Origin: Acanthaster planci
Taxonomy: Eukaryota
NCBI RefSeq assembly: GCF_001949145.1
Contig: NW_019091358.1
Location: 930,961-994,960 of the forward strand
Direction of reading: 5' to 3'
Length of the DNA stretch: 64,000 nucleotides
Made by a program: the position numbers and the translations under genes. Positions within the stretch are counted from its first letter, which is position 1. Every line of letters begins with the position of its first letter. Of the stretch, positions 1 through 13,961 are shown piece by piece. Under the pieces are notes generated by a model. That model was given only the letters and a program-made list of their open reading frames with translations. It did not search any database and was not told where the DNA came from.

Positions 1-1038
1 CATTTAAAGTAATCTCACTCTTTTTTGGACGATCCATCTAAATATCGAAATCAACTTCCAATTTGCATTTTAAAAATAAATTACCGAACTAAAAGACCCT
101 GAAAAAAAAAACGCTAAAAGATTTTAACCGAGGGATGTTTTGTCGAAGTCAAACTTCATCGCATCGGCATAGTTCAGGTTTTTGTTGTCTGTAGTGCCCA
201 TCAAGTTGAGGTCATTTAGAATGTCAAGACCCTTGGAGCAAGCCTCACTGTCTGAGTGATGGCCATAGGCAGTTGTTCTGAGACTTCGCCTAGATTGTCC
301 ATCGGTTGGAGAAAAGATCTGTCCCCAGCGGGCTTTGATTAGACCCTACTCTTGTGCCCGTCCAAGCAACATTAAGCCAGTGCTAACGCACGCCACTGGC
401 ACTTTCCGGAATGTCATTTGCTCAGCAGACTTGGCAATTACGTCGTGGATCTTTGCTCTTTTTTTGGAGAGGAATCTGAAATTTGCGCGCTCAGATGCCA
501 TTACGTCTGTCTAATGGAACAACCCACCGTACCAAACCCTACAAGCTTAGCGCAACAACCTCAAGCGTCGAATAAGATGCCAAACCGAATAGTATCCCAT
601 AAACAAACAACGAAAGTTTACTTTCGAAAAAATTCGTGTATTTGTGTTTCTTTTTGCAAAATGACAGGAAAAAAATGCAATAAACTATGACACACACAAA
701 ATGAAGTATTTTCGGCTTGTAGAAGTTTACCACCCAGAACTAACAAAAAAGAGAGGCTTCACAAAGAGACTTTGCTTAATGGTCATCATGAATATTTTAA
801 ATTTCTTACTTCTCTCAAAGTCATTCAGTATAATGAATGTTTATGAATACAGTGGTAAGAATCTCATGGAGGTTATAGATTGTTATATTCCATGGAGCGA
901 AGTGCAATAGAACATCCAGTCCAATTATACAACTCTAGAAACTTCTGGATATTTTCCTTGTGTTTATATAAATCGCTATTTTCCTTTCTCAGACCGACAT
1001 AAAATTGTGACACGTAGTTATCATGTTTTGAATCCTTT

Positions 1039-1250
1039 CAAAGGCGGATCTAGAGGCCTATCTTCCCCCCCCAAAAAAAAGAGGGGAGGCGATATTTTGG
1101 TATATTTCATCCTTCTCCCTCGGAAAAGGGTCTGAAAAGCCTCCAAAGGTAGCCTCAGCCCTCAGAAAGGCCGGTTCAAAAATTTGTGACTCCCCACTGA
1201 AAGAAAAAAAAAAAGATTCCCCAGAAAATTTAGTTTTGAACCCGCCCCTG
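1039..1250. mobile_element. hAT-like MITE
   Basis: Termini caaaggcggatc and gaacccgcccctg. Flanking 8-mers aatccttt and aatcactt match 6/8, consistent with a decayed 8-bp TSD. Confidence 0.55.
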
Positions 1251-4200
1251 AATCACTTGATGTTTTAAGAGATCATATCTAATTGGTCTCTTTATTTGAG
1301 AAGCATACACTTTGCTTACGAGTGCAGAAATCTCTCAGTGCGCTGTGCTGGCGTGCGCGTTGGTTTGACTAAAATGAGCCCCTTCACTGTTACATTTACA
1401 CAATTTGTGTGGTATTCTCCATGAAGTTGAATTATTTGATGTCACATGATCTGCAGTTCGCCAGTCATAATTACGACAGAGAATCAGGTTCAGTATAAAC
1501 ACACCTAGTAGCTTTATTCTTGTGACAGCTATGAAAATTCACCAGCTTCGTCCCAACGGGCTCCGTGAACGTCCCTTCACTAGCGCCGGGTCGCGTCATA
1601 CCGGTCATCTGGAAAAACAACACCGACTGGCCATTCATTTTAATGTAAATCGCTCTGCGCTCGCATGTGGTGAATATATGGTGCGCGCAGTTGACTGTAG
1701 ACTACACATTGATATCCAACCTTGTTACCATTGTTACAAGCTTAGTTTGCTTCCAAGCAACCTCGTCTCCCTGGTGCCGAGCAGTGTGCCCCAATGGCTA
1801 CCAGCTCTCACCCTTGGATTGAATCGTTTGCATATCCAACAATCTTGGATACGTATGTAAATGAATAGTCTGGTGCCTGGCCATGCGTTCGTTTCAGAGT
1901 GCACTCTCTGGTACTAACACATCACAGAGTAAATTCTCCGTGGCCTGTTAAATGGAGGAACGTGATTTTTTTTCAACGATAAAGAAACAAAATCTCATTC
2001 GACTAATTTACCAAATTTATGATTTTAATCAAAATGAAGAAGAGAGGATGGTTTAGAAGGAGAAACTGGATGTAATAACTGCAGCGAACAGGACACGAGA
2101 TAAATCGTTTTCTCGCTAATTGTCCATCGAATCAGAATACGGGAAGAAAGTTTGTTTTAAAGGGGTTATTTTTGGAAGCAAAACTGGAAATAAACTTAAA
2201 TATTAAGGAAGCAGTGGAGATGAGGTTGGGTTCTCACACCAGCAATACTGACTAATGTTGAGAGATCTGTGGTCTGGTTGCAGCCTCGGTAACGTGACTA
2301 AAAAGGGAGGAATTCCTTTCGGTTACAAAACTTTCCGAAATTGGCCGACCCATTTCTAATGCGAATCTATTTCTTTGATAATTCAATAATATCTGCAAAT
2401 ATTGGGCTTGGATGCTTTTCTTTGCCGAATTCCTGCATGCATCATTTTAAAACAGTCACCCAAATGTATATATTTTTGTGCATATTGGTCTCAACTTTTG
2501 CATCAACTCTGATTATGCCGACTATAAAAAAACCGGAATTTAATTTGTTTGCTGCATCAGAAGATGGAAGGGACATCCTAGGCATGTAGCCACTTGAATT
2601 TGCCCCCTTTCTCCCCTAACACGTGACTCTTTGCACATCCATTCCACAAGGAACCGTAAAAATGGCACCCAATCCATCGAGTTATTAAACTTGCCGTAGC
2701 TCTGTCATTGTGCCACAATTATTGGAAAGTCATCGTAGCACAGCATAATTGCTGGTGCGTCGAACATGCAGCCGATCAAGTCGTTTGTTCTTGTAATATC
2801 TATGGGCTCTATTGTCGAGGACTCTTTTAAAGATTCAAATGCCTTTAATGTCATAAAACCTTTTTTGGTTTTTAACACCAGGCCTTCAATTTCCGTTATA
2901 AAGAGGACGACCGAGGCACGCATATCGAAGCAGCACAGGTCCACGCAGTTCAGCGAGAGAAGAAAATAGCACGGAGTCGATTCGGCTATAATTGAATTCG
3001 ATTGGGTGTTCGATTTATCAATTGGCTGTAACAAATGCCCTACCTGAAAAGCCGAAACACAATATGCATGTTTGTGTGGTAAACTATTGGTTGAAAAAGG
3101 AAGTTTAGGATACAACTGATGCTTGGGCGAACTGGTAATTTCTTCTCCCAGTGAAAAATATCACTACAAAAATTGAGAAGAAAATCCTAAAAGGAACATT
3201 TTTCATGGCCTTGTTGATAGGCAGCAACGTCAGCTGCCGCTTGATTTATTTTGAATCTAAAATGAGTCCATCCCTTGATTTGATTTCAAACTTCGAATAT
3301 TAAATTAATCGGAGCAGCTCTGTCAAAGAGCCGGATACAGACGAGTTTAATTTAAGCAAGGCGACGTATACCTGACCCCAAGCTCCCTAGAAAGAGCATT
3401 AGATCGGTTGAATTAAATGTCAACAAGAAAGGTAGAGCCTACGTTTAAGCCACCGTAAGCTGTCAATTCCGTCACCGTTTTCCCAGACCGAAGCGCGAGT
3501 AGGCTTACTGTGTAAGGCTACAATTTTTTAAACTCTCCTGTGTAGAGACACTTTGCGAAATCGGCGTAACAAACAATTTGGGTAACAAGAACTGACATCT
3601 GGGTGTGTAAACTGACAAACAAGTCCGATGTAGCGGCTGTTACCTAAAGGAGAAAAACAGGTGAAAGGATTTTCCACAATTTAGTGTATCCATTGAGGGT
3701 TTGAGAAAAAGTGTATGCCTCGAAATATTTTACCTTGGAAAATTCCAAATACTTGTGTGGATGCAGTGCTGGTTACAGGTCGTGAAAACAATATTACTCA
3801 GTTCCTTAACCTTCAAAGAGCCAGGAGCGGAATTTGCCCTCTCCCCGACATATTTTTTTCAGGAGTTAAGCCTTTAGGAGTTTTTAGAGTAACTCTTTCC
3901 AGTCATTTTCAGTCAAAATTGGCAAAAAGAATTAGGCCTATCCTCACTGTATATAAGTAATGATTTATTTCTATTTGAGATCAAGTTGAAAAACCGAAAT
4001 TCAGAAAAACTGTTCCAATATTGAGACTGAGCAAAATGGGAAAATGACACAATCGTGGAACTTATTAAATGAAGGAACATAAAAAATGGATAGATGAAAA
4101 AGTACAAGCTGGCTTAGACTGATTTTGACCAGTAAAAAATAAGCATTATATAGTGATATTTGGTCTAGAAATTACATACAAAGTGCAAAATGTTCATGGA

Positions 4201-6083
4201 CCATGGCCACTGACAAAATTGTAAAATATAGGTGGGGAATAAATTATACGGTGTGGGTAAAACGGATAAAAGCTAAAAGATATAGGCACGGTGCAACCTG
4301 CTCTCTCTACAGAGTTCACCTGTTTGAAGAATACACAGTGAAGTAATTCACAGATATGTAATAGTCGTTAAGCCTAATATGAAATAGTCAATGTGCTTCG
4401 TGTACAAATCACATGGCAAACGTTTTCTACAAACTTTCACGACAAAATCACTCCAAATGACGAGTTTTTGACATGAGGTGGAGCTCTACTACGAACTGAA
4501 TCTGTCAATATAAACAGGCAAAAGTTGTGCATAATAATGTTTGAAAGATGAAAATGCAACAAGTTTGGGACAAAAGTGAACTTACGTTCTGATAGAGCAA
4601 ACTCCTGCTAGAGAGAGGCATATTGTCACGTACGCCATGGCGAAGTACACGTACGTCACGTTCCTGGTGTCTGGCACAAAAAAATAGTCTAAAGCCCGTT
4701 GTTTCAGACTCACGTAATGAGAATAGGCCTACTGTTAACTTATGATCAAGTCCATGAACAACCACTAGGGCAACTTAATAGACTGCTCATAAATAATTTT
4801 GCAAATAAAAAAAAAAACTTTTGTGCAAAACAATCGCCCCCGACCCCAAGTACTACTAAGAAAGCGTGCTCTCCCGATACGAATCCAACTTTGATATGGA
4901 CTCGACCTTGAATCACATTTGATAGGACTGAGCATGGGGCAGTGGGATTGGATTCGATTCGGATTCGAACTGTGAAATTTTTAATCGGATTGACCTTTTT
5001 TTTCCGTATTTCAACAAAATCTGACTTGTTTCCGACTTGAATAAAGGAACTTACAGTGAAATAAGATTTACATTCGGAATTATTCTTATATAAAACGATA
5101 AATTACGAACTAAAGAATATAGTTTGTGTGACTTTGATTGGTTTCAAAGAAAAGTAGGAGAAAAAAAATGAAAATGTTTTGGTAGGCCACTCTGCCCCTG
5201 AAATTCTACCTTCATTATCATAAATCTTGGCGAGGGATATGAGGTAAATTGAGGCAACGGTTTGCCACGCTGCAGGGGTTGTGACCTGGCAGACGCTCTA
5301 TCATGTAATGTTTAAGTGCATGTGATATTCCAGTCACTGTACCATGATCACTTGCTAACCGTCGTGCTTCGAATCTGGATTTTACAGCTCCGTTGACACG
5401 ACAAAAATAATGCTGCAGATTGATGCCACCCCTTCCTTACTCCAGCCTGAAAAGGAAAGGAGCCGGTCAGGCCAACCAAATCCAAAAGAAGCCTTCACCA
5501 AACGCGAACAAACTCCGGGATAAAATGCCAGTCGATCAAGCAAATGGGACCTTTCGAGATCGATTCTAGACGTCAGTGGTGCAAACTCAGTCGTCTACAA
5601 GCGCAATGTCGTTGCGACCTACACGCGGATTACTTGCTGCGATCTACACGTTATGAATGTATTTCTTCCTTTACGGGGGGGGACGTTGGTTGCCTCGTCA
5701 CCAACTTAGAGAATTCGTTTTCAGTTTTGCACACAACATATGGAAATTGCTCCTGAATTCCAGGGGAGCAATCTGATTAGTTTAGATCCCAGAAGCATAC
5801 ATTATTTATGAGCAGTCTTATAAAGCACGTGTTGCGGGCCGCTTCTCGAGGCACATTAATCGATCTTTGTACCATGAACAGAAAAGATTCGAAATGGAGT
5901 CAGAGAAGTTACAGCTATTGGTCGAACCTCCATTGCACTGAGATACTGGAGATAAGTGTCGTATAAACTGTGCAACTTAAATAAAGAGACAATCAGGTTG
6001 AAGTAGATTGGAATGTGTCAGCATGTGTGCCGTTCAATAAGCACTGACCAATACTGAAAATGGTATGACTTTAGGCGACTTTG

Positions 6084-6156
6084 TGCGCGTCAACGCTTGC
6101 CCCAAGCGTTGCGTATCCGTCAAATTCGCTCCCGGGACGATTTTGACGGCCTGACG
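6084..6156. repeat. Dispersed palindromic repeat; inverted copy at 56852-56924
   Basis: gcgtatccgtcaaattcgctcccgggacgattttgacggcc matches the reverse complement of 56852-56924. Confidence 0.75.
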
Positions 6157-6565
6157 CAACGCGCACGTGTGTTACATTAATGTTGATCATTTTTGTGTCC
6201 GTGAGAGTGAAATGCATGGATGCATCATGTACGCACATCACCCAAAAACGTACTTAATGGAAAGGCGCTTTTAGTTCGAGGGATTGTACTCGATTTTTGT
6301 TAACATTAAAATTAATTATATGGCATAATTATGTAAAATCAAAACTTACGACACCTAAGTAGATCCTTGTCATTTAATTGGAGGATTGTAGGTCCCTTGA
6401 TATTTATAATAAATTTCATGGCTTACGTCATAAATGTTGAAATTTGTTATATACACCGTGCATTTTTGGTTAAATGCAGGTTGATCTATTACACGCAAAA
6501 GAACTTCAATAAGTAAGTGATCAACAGAGGGCGCAGAGGGCGCGTGTTTGTTCATTATCACTAAA

Positions 6566-8127
6566 ATGGCGGCGGGTTCAAGCAATTTCGTGTTGCTGAA
6601 TGACGATGAAATTGCTGAATTACTTGACGGAGCGGACGCAAAGAATACGAAGAAACAAATTCAGTATGCTGTACATGGACTAGAATCGTACGCTAGGTGC
6701 GCTGGTATGAGTTTAGACGAGGTAGTACAGCGATCCATAGCAGAACTTGACCAGTTCCTGTCGCGTTTTTACGGTGGTTTACGAAGAGACAACGACACAT
6801 TGTACACTAAAAAGTCAATGCATGCAATTCGGTATGGGCTGCATCGTCAATTTCTAACATCCGGGGATGTGGATAAAACCAGCTAGTGGTACCTTCAAGG
6901 AGAGCAACAAGGTCTACAAAGCCTCGAGGGTTAAGCTGAAGAATGAAGGAAAGTGAGTTGTCCGGCATAAGAAAGCAGTGAGTGAAGAAGATGTAGCAAA
7001 GATCTTAGATCCAATGGATATTACAACACCGGATATAACAACAGCCTTCAGAATAAGGTGTTTATTGACATCATGTTATATTTCGCAGAGGCAGAGAAAA
7101 TGAACGCGTTATGAAGGCTTCTGACTTTGTTGTGGAAGTTGATGAGCAAAATCTCCGTTACATTGTTCATCGTGATACCCTCACCAAGTCTAGACGTGAA
7201 AATGAAGATGAAGGCGCCAGTGGTCATAATTATGTATGAGATACCAGGGTCTAGCAGATGTCAAGTTACAACATTTCTGGCTTTCAAAGATGTCCTCAAC
7301 CCTGCATAAGAATGTATGTTGGCGAGGTCCTAAACCCACTGCACCTTTAGGAGTCAGTACCTTTGAAAATAAGATAAAAAAAGATCTCCGAGAATGCTGG
7401 TTCCTCCAAGAAGTACACTAATCACAGTTTGAGAGCGACAACTTGCACCTTGCTCGATGCGTTTGTACATGGTGCCTTGTGGGGTACCGGAACAATAGAA
7501 GGTACCCCACAAGGCCCGTTTTGATCCTTGTGGGGTACTAAAGTGGTACCCCACAAGAATTTCACAAAATAGATATTTCAAATTTACTTAAAAAGGAGGA
7601 ATTTTCAAGTGTCATTCATCCTTTTATATAAGGGACATACGGTTGAAATTTCAACCCAGGAAACTGAATTTGGTTAAAATGGCAGTGATTTGAAATTTTG
7701 TCCATGTTGTGTGGGAGCTTTGTACATGAGAACAAAGGAAATACCCTACAAGTATGCATATGTACGAGTATGTGAAGCTAGGTTCCCCAACCGTCACACC
7801 GTGTCTGTCACTGGACACCGATCCGAGTCATCATTGAAGCACTACTCAAGGACCAGCGATAAGAAGAAAAGGCTGACGGCTGCAGCAATTGCCAATCAAG
7901 AGAATGTTCAAGAGCCAGAGGTAGGCCTACAACCCAACGAAGAGCATAAAGAGGAACAACCCAATTATGATGACCACGTCTTGGATAATCTCCCAGACAG
8001 TCTTCCGACCAATTCTCAAGAGCAACTCATCTTGAAAGAATCCCTCTTCAACATCCAAAATGACATGTCAACCTCTTCTGTTCAGCATTTTCACTTTCAT
8101 GGCACTGTCAACTTTTTCAACAAGTAG
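6566..8127 (+). pseudogene. Crypton/DUF3504-type tyrosine recombinase with stops, frameshifts and an internal insertion
   Basis: Fragments across frames: AKNTKKQ; ELDQFLSRFYGGLRRDNDTLYTKKSMHAIRYGLHR; LQNKVFIDIMLYFRRGRENER; TLTKS; KKYTNHSLRATTCTLLD; VTGHRSESSLKHYSR. These supply the R, K, HxxR, H and Y catalytic positions of tyrosine recombinases. Confidence 0.85.
7460..7772. mobile_element. MITE-like insertion splitting the recombinase
   Basis: Removing it with one copy of the flanking TG restores TLLD-EARFPNRH. Imperfect terminal inverted similarity, and two internal cttgtggggtac...gtaccccacaag palindromes. Confidence 0.65.
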
Positions 8128-10774
8128 AATAATAAGCCTACGTATACATATCGTGGGTTTTTCTGAAATATTGTCCAGTTACGAACTTGTGATGTTACAA
8201 CGGATATTGTGAACACCGTTAATTTTGGAACTTTGACTTGGAGGTGAGCAGTGTATTTTGCGTCGTGTCTGAGAACTTTTGAATTATTTGGATTTGGCTT
8301 GAACAAGCTACCGTTTTAAACTTTCAACCATTGCTTTGTTGTCTTTTCGTGTTCTTGAACTTTTCAATTGGACACCAAGTTTGAAGAGGTCTATATAGGC
8401 CTAATGGACTAGGAAAAAAGCAGATGACAGAAGGTAAGTGCCTTATTTATATTCATATATTTTATAAATGTTATCCTCCAATCAAATAACAAAGATCTAC
8501 TTAGATGCTAAACATGTAAAACAAATAATGAATGTTTTTCATTCGTACAACGGAAAGAATATTTTCATGAGTTGAAAGATGAAATGTTCCATTCAACGAG
8601 CCTGCTGTTACCATTGCACTCATTAACATTCATAATTTGTATATCATTTCAATTTCCAATTAACCTAGTTTAGTGTATTGATTGTTACACGCCACCAGAT
8701 TTGCCCATAAGGTCCAACGTATTGAGAAAAAATTCTTCCCACTTGCTTGGCTTTGTGCTATTGGATCTCACCGCAGAAAGTGCTGCACGCACACATGAAA
8801 GCAATGCAATCATACGTTAATAACACTGAAAGAACGTATTTGTCAAGTCAAGGTAAGTTGGAGCAATTTATGCTATTATGCTGAAACTTGAGTACCAATG
8901 GATTTCGACTGATTGGGAAGTTCACAGACAAAACGCGGCAATCTAGGACTAACGACTTGTCAGCAAGTCTAGATCGATTGGGGATGTGTCTGAAGCTTTG
9001 TAATCGTGGTTTTGTGAATGGTTTGGTAAATCTTTAGACCATTCCTTGAAGATAGATTTTAGCTTTTTTTCCAGTCTTAACTCGTCAATCAGGGCGTGTG
9101 AATTGCAACCGCGCAACCAGATAGTACACGGACACGCAATCAATACACGGCACCACGACATGTGTAGTGTATACAGTGGGTTAGGTAAAAAAAAATGTCT
9201 CCGGTTTCTGGTTAGTGCACGCGTCGCCGTGGACCTGCCCGCTGGCGGAAAAAAATGTTTATTTGGTATGATATGATGTCCAAAAGCTGCCAAACTAGCT
9301 TGATCGGCGGAAATACTGCTACTGCGTAATTCTAACATGCTTGCTTTAGATGGGGTAGCCCCTGACCAGAAACCAGTGACCTTTTTTGGCCTAATAGACA
9401 CTGTACACTGACGCGGTGGCCACGCCGCTGGCTTCGTGCAGTGCCGATCTACTCGCACCCAGAGGTAATTTCACGGGTCTAAACCATCGAGTCGCTTTGT
9501 AAATTTCGGTGCCTCATCAGCCTACATCACGGAATGAAAAGGTAACGAAATCGAAAAAGGGGGTCCAATTTCGGGGCAGCAAATAAACACATTAACACAA
9601 AACACGAGTTATGACAATTTTTGACTTCCCTGTTCCTTACAAATTCATGAACCTGTTTGCCATCGCGAGCAAATTGTTATTAAAAGTGACAGAAGTAAGG
9701 TTGGTTTCTAATACAGAGTGCCCCATACGGTAATACCCGACCCTCGTTAACATGATCCCTTTGTTTTTTATGCATTTATCTTTGCGGGAAGATCACAACG
9801 GGCAAGACGAAAACACAATCCCGTCTTTTTGTAGGCCACTTCTCCCGCGTATATATTCAGCGGTGTCCCATCATTTTATGTCCTGTTACAACACGTGAGC
9901 TCATGTGAATATTGTAGGGTAAATAGTACAAAGCTTTGTTTGTGTTTTGGCCTAAGGAACCCTGAGATTGAACCAAAAAGTATAAAGCCCAATGACGTCT
10001 CATTACGTCATAAATTTCGACATGTCTGTCAAGTTTTTATTCATGTAAGTCAATCAATGTCTGAGTGGACTTCATTCTGAACCTGACCTTTATTTACATT
10101 TTGACCCAAATGGGTAAAGGGCTTATCTTTGTCAAAAAAATCTGCCACATTTCATTCTCGAACTAAGCTTTCGCGTTGTTGTCATGGCTTTTTGTGCTCT
10201 CTTTGGTACCACTGCGTCTTATTTTAGATCTCCAACAGTCTCCCCCCCCCAAAAAAAAACAATATCAAACTTCAAACGTGTTTCATGAACCAACTTTGAC
10301 TACAGTCAAGGGGCAAACCGATGCATATCATGAAGTTATGGCAGTGAAGAACGACGGTGGATAAGTCCTCCGGCTACTCATTTCACAGTGCAGGATGTTG
10401 ATGGATATACAATGTTCATGTATATTCTGTTGTCATCTTACTTGACGCTTTTTAAGTACTGCTTATGAACCTTGGTTTCATAATCGAAGCGATTTTGACG
10501 TCGTCCCCATTCAACATTGCCGGGAAATTCACTTTATTTGGTATGTGTTCAACTTTTGCGAATTCGCAACGCGAAAGTATTTGATCTGACGTCACAGGTT
10601 TCGCACTGTATGTATACCTACCTTTTAGAAAACTCGCAGAACACCAGATAAAAAGGGAACTTCTGGTGACTGCTTCAGTTGTTAATTTTTTTATCTGTAT
10701 TTAGAGTACCCGGCAACGTGGCACATAAATTTCAAGGGCTTGCTGAGAATTCCACACCAGACAACAATCATACA

Positions 10775-10797
10775 AACCAACCAACCAACCAACCAAC
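10775..10797. repeat. (AACC)n microsatellite just upstream of the opsin exon acceptor
   Basis: aaccaaccaaccaaccaaccaac. Confidence 0.9.
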
Positions 10798-10823
10798 AGT
10801 ATTTTAATTTTGATCTTTGGCAG

Positions 10824-10957
10824 CATGCTCGGTAGACTGGACGTCGAGCGATCCTGGAGATTCCTCTTACATCATTTTCATTTTCGTCATGGTTCTGGTC
10901 ATCCCTTTATCTCTGATTGTAGGCTCGTACACCCTACTCCTTTATGCCGTCAAAAAG
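10824..10957 (+). CDS. Ciliary-type opsin (echinoderm opsin1-like), internal exon: ECL2 disulfide Cys and TM5
   Basis: Acceptor tttggcag|, phase 1. Translates (x)CSVDWTSSDPGDSSYIIFIFVMVLVIPLSLIVGSYTLLLYAVKK. Donor aag|gtgaga, phase 0, at the position of rhodopsin intron 3 (VKE|A). Confidence 0.93.
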
Positions 10958-13900
10958 GTGAGAATTCATCCTGGGGACACCCTTTTGAACATAAACCTTG
11001 TAAAAAAAATGCCTTGTTAACTTGAAATTATGTGGAGTAACGGTTATTATGCATTTGCTCATTCTCAGGTGGCGAATATAAGTAATCCATCGCCATATAC
11101 AGCAATATGTTTAGATGTAAGGGTAACCCGAGGTGAACTCTGGGGCCAAGTTCTCTCGGAGTGCAGATATGTTGAAAGCATGCGGCTGAATTGATGAAGC
11201 CGCGCCTCATGGATACCATCGCTGCACAGGAATTTCAATTTACTTGAAAATGTGTGCTGATCTCTCGAAATATCCTTAAACAACGCTGACCATCTTGTAG
11301 TCAAGGGAACCTTCGATCAATTAATTTCTTGTTCAAACCTTTTTATTCGCTACAAATCTTAATTAATTGTTGATATGTGCTGTCACCTGAAGGTTCTTTT
11401 GCTGTCAAATAAATTCCATACACAGTGTGCACGGTGTGCTTCATCGCTCACCAAAAAAAATCCGGAAGCGATCCCAAGATTTGACACACGAGTGTATATA
11501 AAAGTTCCATTACATGGACGTCTTTACTGGTTAAAAAAGATTCTCTCCAAAGATAATTGTATCGTCTGAAATGAAATGAAGCGAAACGCACGTCTTTGCC
11601 TTCAGACAATATAACACTAGTTGTGGAACATCGTGAAGCGCAAATCTTCTCAAATTTCGCGCAAACACTAGGCGTCGTTGTTGTCGCGACTCACACGATA
11701 TTAAAGCTGCCCGTTGGAAGAAATGAAACTGTTTCGTGTTACCCACGCTTGCCCAGGCATGTAGATGTGCGTGATTATCAATGTGACTATCAATGAAACA
11801 TCGCCATCTTCGGGCCTACCAATTACTCAGCTATCTGTCTGAGATCACTCGGCCTGAAACCCGATCAGGTAAAAACAAGACAGAGCAGGGACTAATACAC
11901 TACCGCATACTCTTGCCGACCGGTCCGATTTGAGCGGCCGAGGGAAGAGATCATGGAAAAACTAAGGCCAACTGTTGCCCATACAGAAATAATTATGCAT
12001 GTAATCGAGTACCATTGGACTTGAGCGCTTAAGCTCAAGTCCCCTTCAGCGTGCTGACTGCTGAGCCAGCCTGGGAGAACAACCGGGCTTCGTTTTTGAC
12101 TTTTTTATTTCAGAAGATGGTCTTGTAAGCTATTGTAAAAGGGTCATTTTGAAAAAAAAGGTTTCTTTATAGTTCCTCTTTAAATTTTGACGTGTAGCTT
12201 ACATTACATCAAATTATCTAAATTGTTTTGTTGTTGAAGAGTCCAGTCAATCTGTCTTACTTTTGGCTATTTACCGCTCACTTTGCAATAATTTACAGAG
12301 TGCCAAATGTAATCACTGTCGCTTCATCGCGCAATTCGACTAGCCACCATAGAACATTTGAACGAGGCTTCAAAAATAGAACGCCAATGTATGTATATAT
12401 ATGCTAAAAGTGGCGATAATGTATTATCGTATTACATGTACATGCGATACGTGCACCGCGTTAATAAGCAGGCAAACCAACGCCAATAGCACGAATTGAA
12501 ATGAGCGTGCTGGAATAAAAAAAAACTAAATGTATGCCACATCTGTCGGCAGAAATTTTCAAATATCTTTTAAAAACTGCGGTGTTTCCAAAAGGAAATA
12601 AACTTAGATAAAATGAGAAGAAGGGGTGCCATGGAAATCGCAAATCACTACTGTTACAATTCAAAAATCTCCCAACTGTCAATGATTGAATGATTGTGAA
12701 TTATTAAAAAGCCAGAATTTTTTGGATGCAACAAAAACTTTAAAAAAGTCACTGATATAAAGGGCAAAGAAACGACAAATGAGAATGCTTCAAGTGTCGG
12801 CAGCGTTTGACAAAATTAAAAGATCTTACGGGCGAGGGCTTAGGTAAGGACGACGTACTCCACAGATGGCGAAAACAGTTCCTTGACGGTATAAACGTAT
12901 ACGCTGAGACGCAGGGCGAATTCACCTCCAACAAACAGCTGGTAAAAGGACAAAACAGCGAGAAACGCAAGCAGACTCCCATTGCGAAATAAAGGGGAAT
13001 GACAACCTAAAGAGACTAAAATGTACACTCAGTTCACAAAATGTCTCTTCTAGAATAAGTTCAGCTGTCAAGCACCTCCTCGGTTAAGGCAAACTTTCTC
13101 CAAACGCTTCACAGACGAGTCGCCATCAGATCACGGGTCCTGATACAGAAAACTTGACGAAATTCCCTTCTTTTGAGCTATTACATAGAAACAATTTCAA
13201 TCCTTTCATAGTCCCATAATCCTGCCCCCTTATAGGTCTTCTATATCTTCCACAAACTAATGCACTATAGAAACATCTTGCTTTCCAGAAACTTCCTGCA
13301 ATTAGTTTCCAAAATATAAACTAAGAGAACGCAAGAAAATTCAGGAATACACAAGAAAGTCTAGTCATTCATAGCACCCGCCTCTCCGGGTCAGAAATGG
13401 GTCACGCACAAAAAAAAATCTCGCAGTAGGTACATGTCCCGTGCGCTGTGCGTGTGGTAAATATAAGAAAATGCCCCTTGATTTGAGCCCTATTCTCTCC
13501 ACACAAGTCAGCTTGAGTGATCTCCTTTTCCACCTTAGTTTGTGCAAATGAAGGTTATCAAGCTTTTAGGTGTCGCATTACCGGCATGGTAGTACAGTGG
13601 CCTTTTGTCAACTGCGGTAGACAGATCGGGTGCCTTCGTATAAAGAGGCGAGGAAAAGCAAGGCTAAATACTACGAGTTTTACAGCCGGTTCATTCTACA
13701 GGCTGGCACGGACACCAAGCGAATTTAAATTCGTAAAAGATTTCCAGCGATATTTGCTGGAGTTGAGTAAAGCAAATTTCCAGCGAAAATATTTGATCTG
13801 ACATCATGTTTCGTGTATTCTTGCGCACTGCCACACAGTGTCAGTGTAGTTTTAGCTTACCAGGGTTTTCCGTATTGGAAAAAGTTTCCCTTGTCATTTT

Positions 13901-13961
13901 TCCTTTGTAGGCCTATATTATAAGTTATCACAGTATTACCGAATATTTTTGCCCTTTTCAG

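Larger units (their letters stand above)
6352..8640 (+). mobile_element. Decayed Crypton-like (tyrosine recombinase) DNA transposon
   Basis: 35-bp inverted repeats at 6352-6386 and 8473-8507 (4 mismatches) bracket a recombinase pseudogene. A 3' segment at about 8525-8640 has a weaker related copy near 830-910. Confidence 0.75.

Noticed and set aside
2705..3115. 136-aa minus-strand ORF
   Set aside because: Non-ATG start, no recognisable domain and no clear splice context.
9495..9525. Minus-strand CTGATGA-GGCACC-GAAA hammerhead-like string
   Set aside because: Stem II is only 2 bp and no stem I complement exists.
1..10823. Upstream opsin exons (TM1-TM4, ERY/DRY, counterion region)
   Set aside because: No frame with these motifs found by eye. 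They probably lie before the window, so the counterion cannot be assessed.
12017..12070. Perfect 10-bp hairpin with A/B-box-like motifs on the minus strand
   Set aside because: No cloverleaf, so not a tRNA. At most a decayed SINE head that I cannot delimit.
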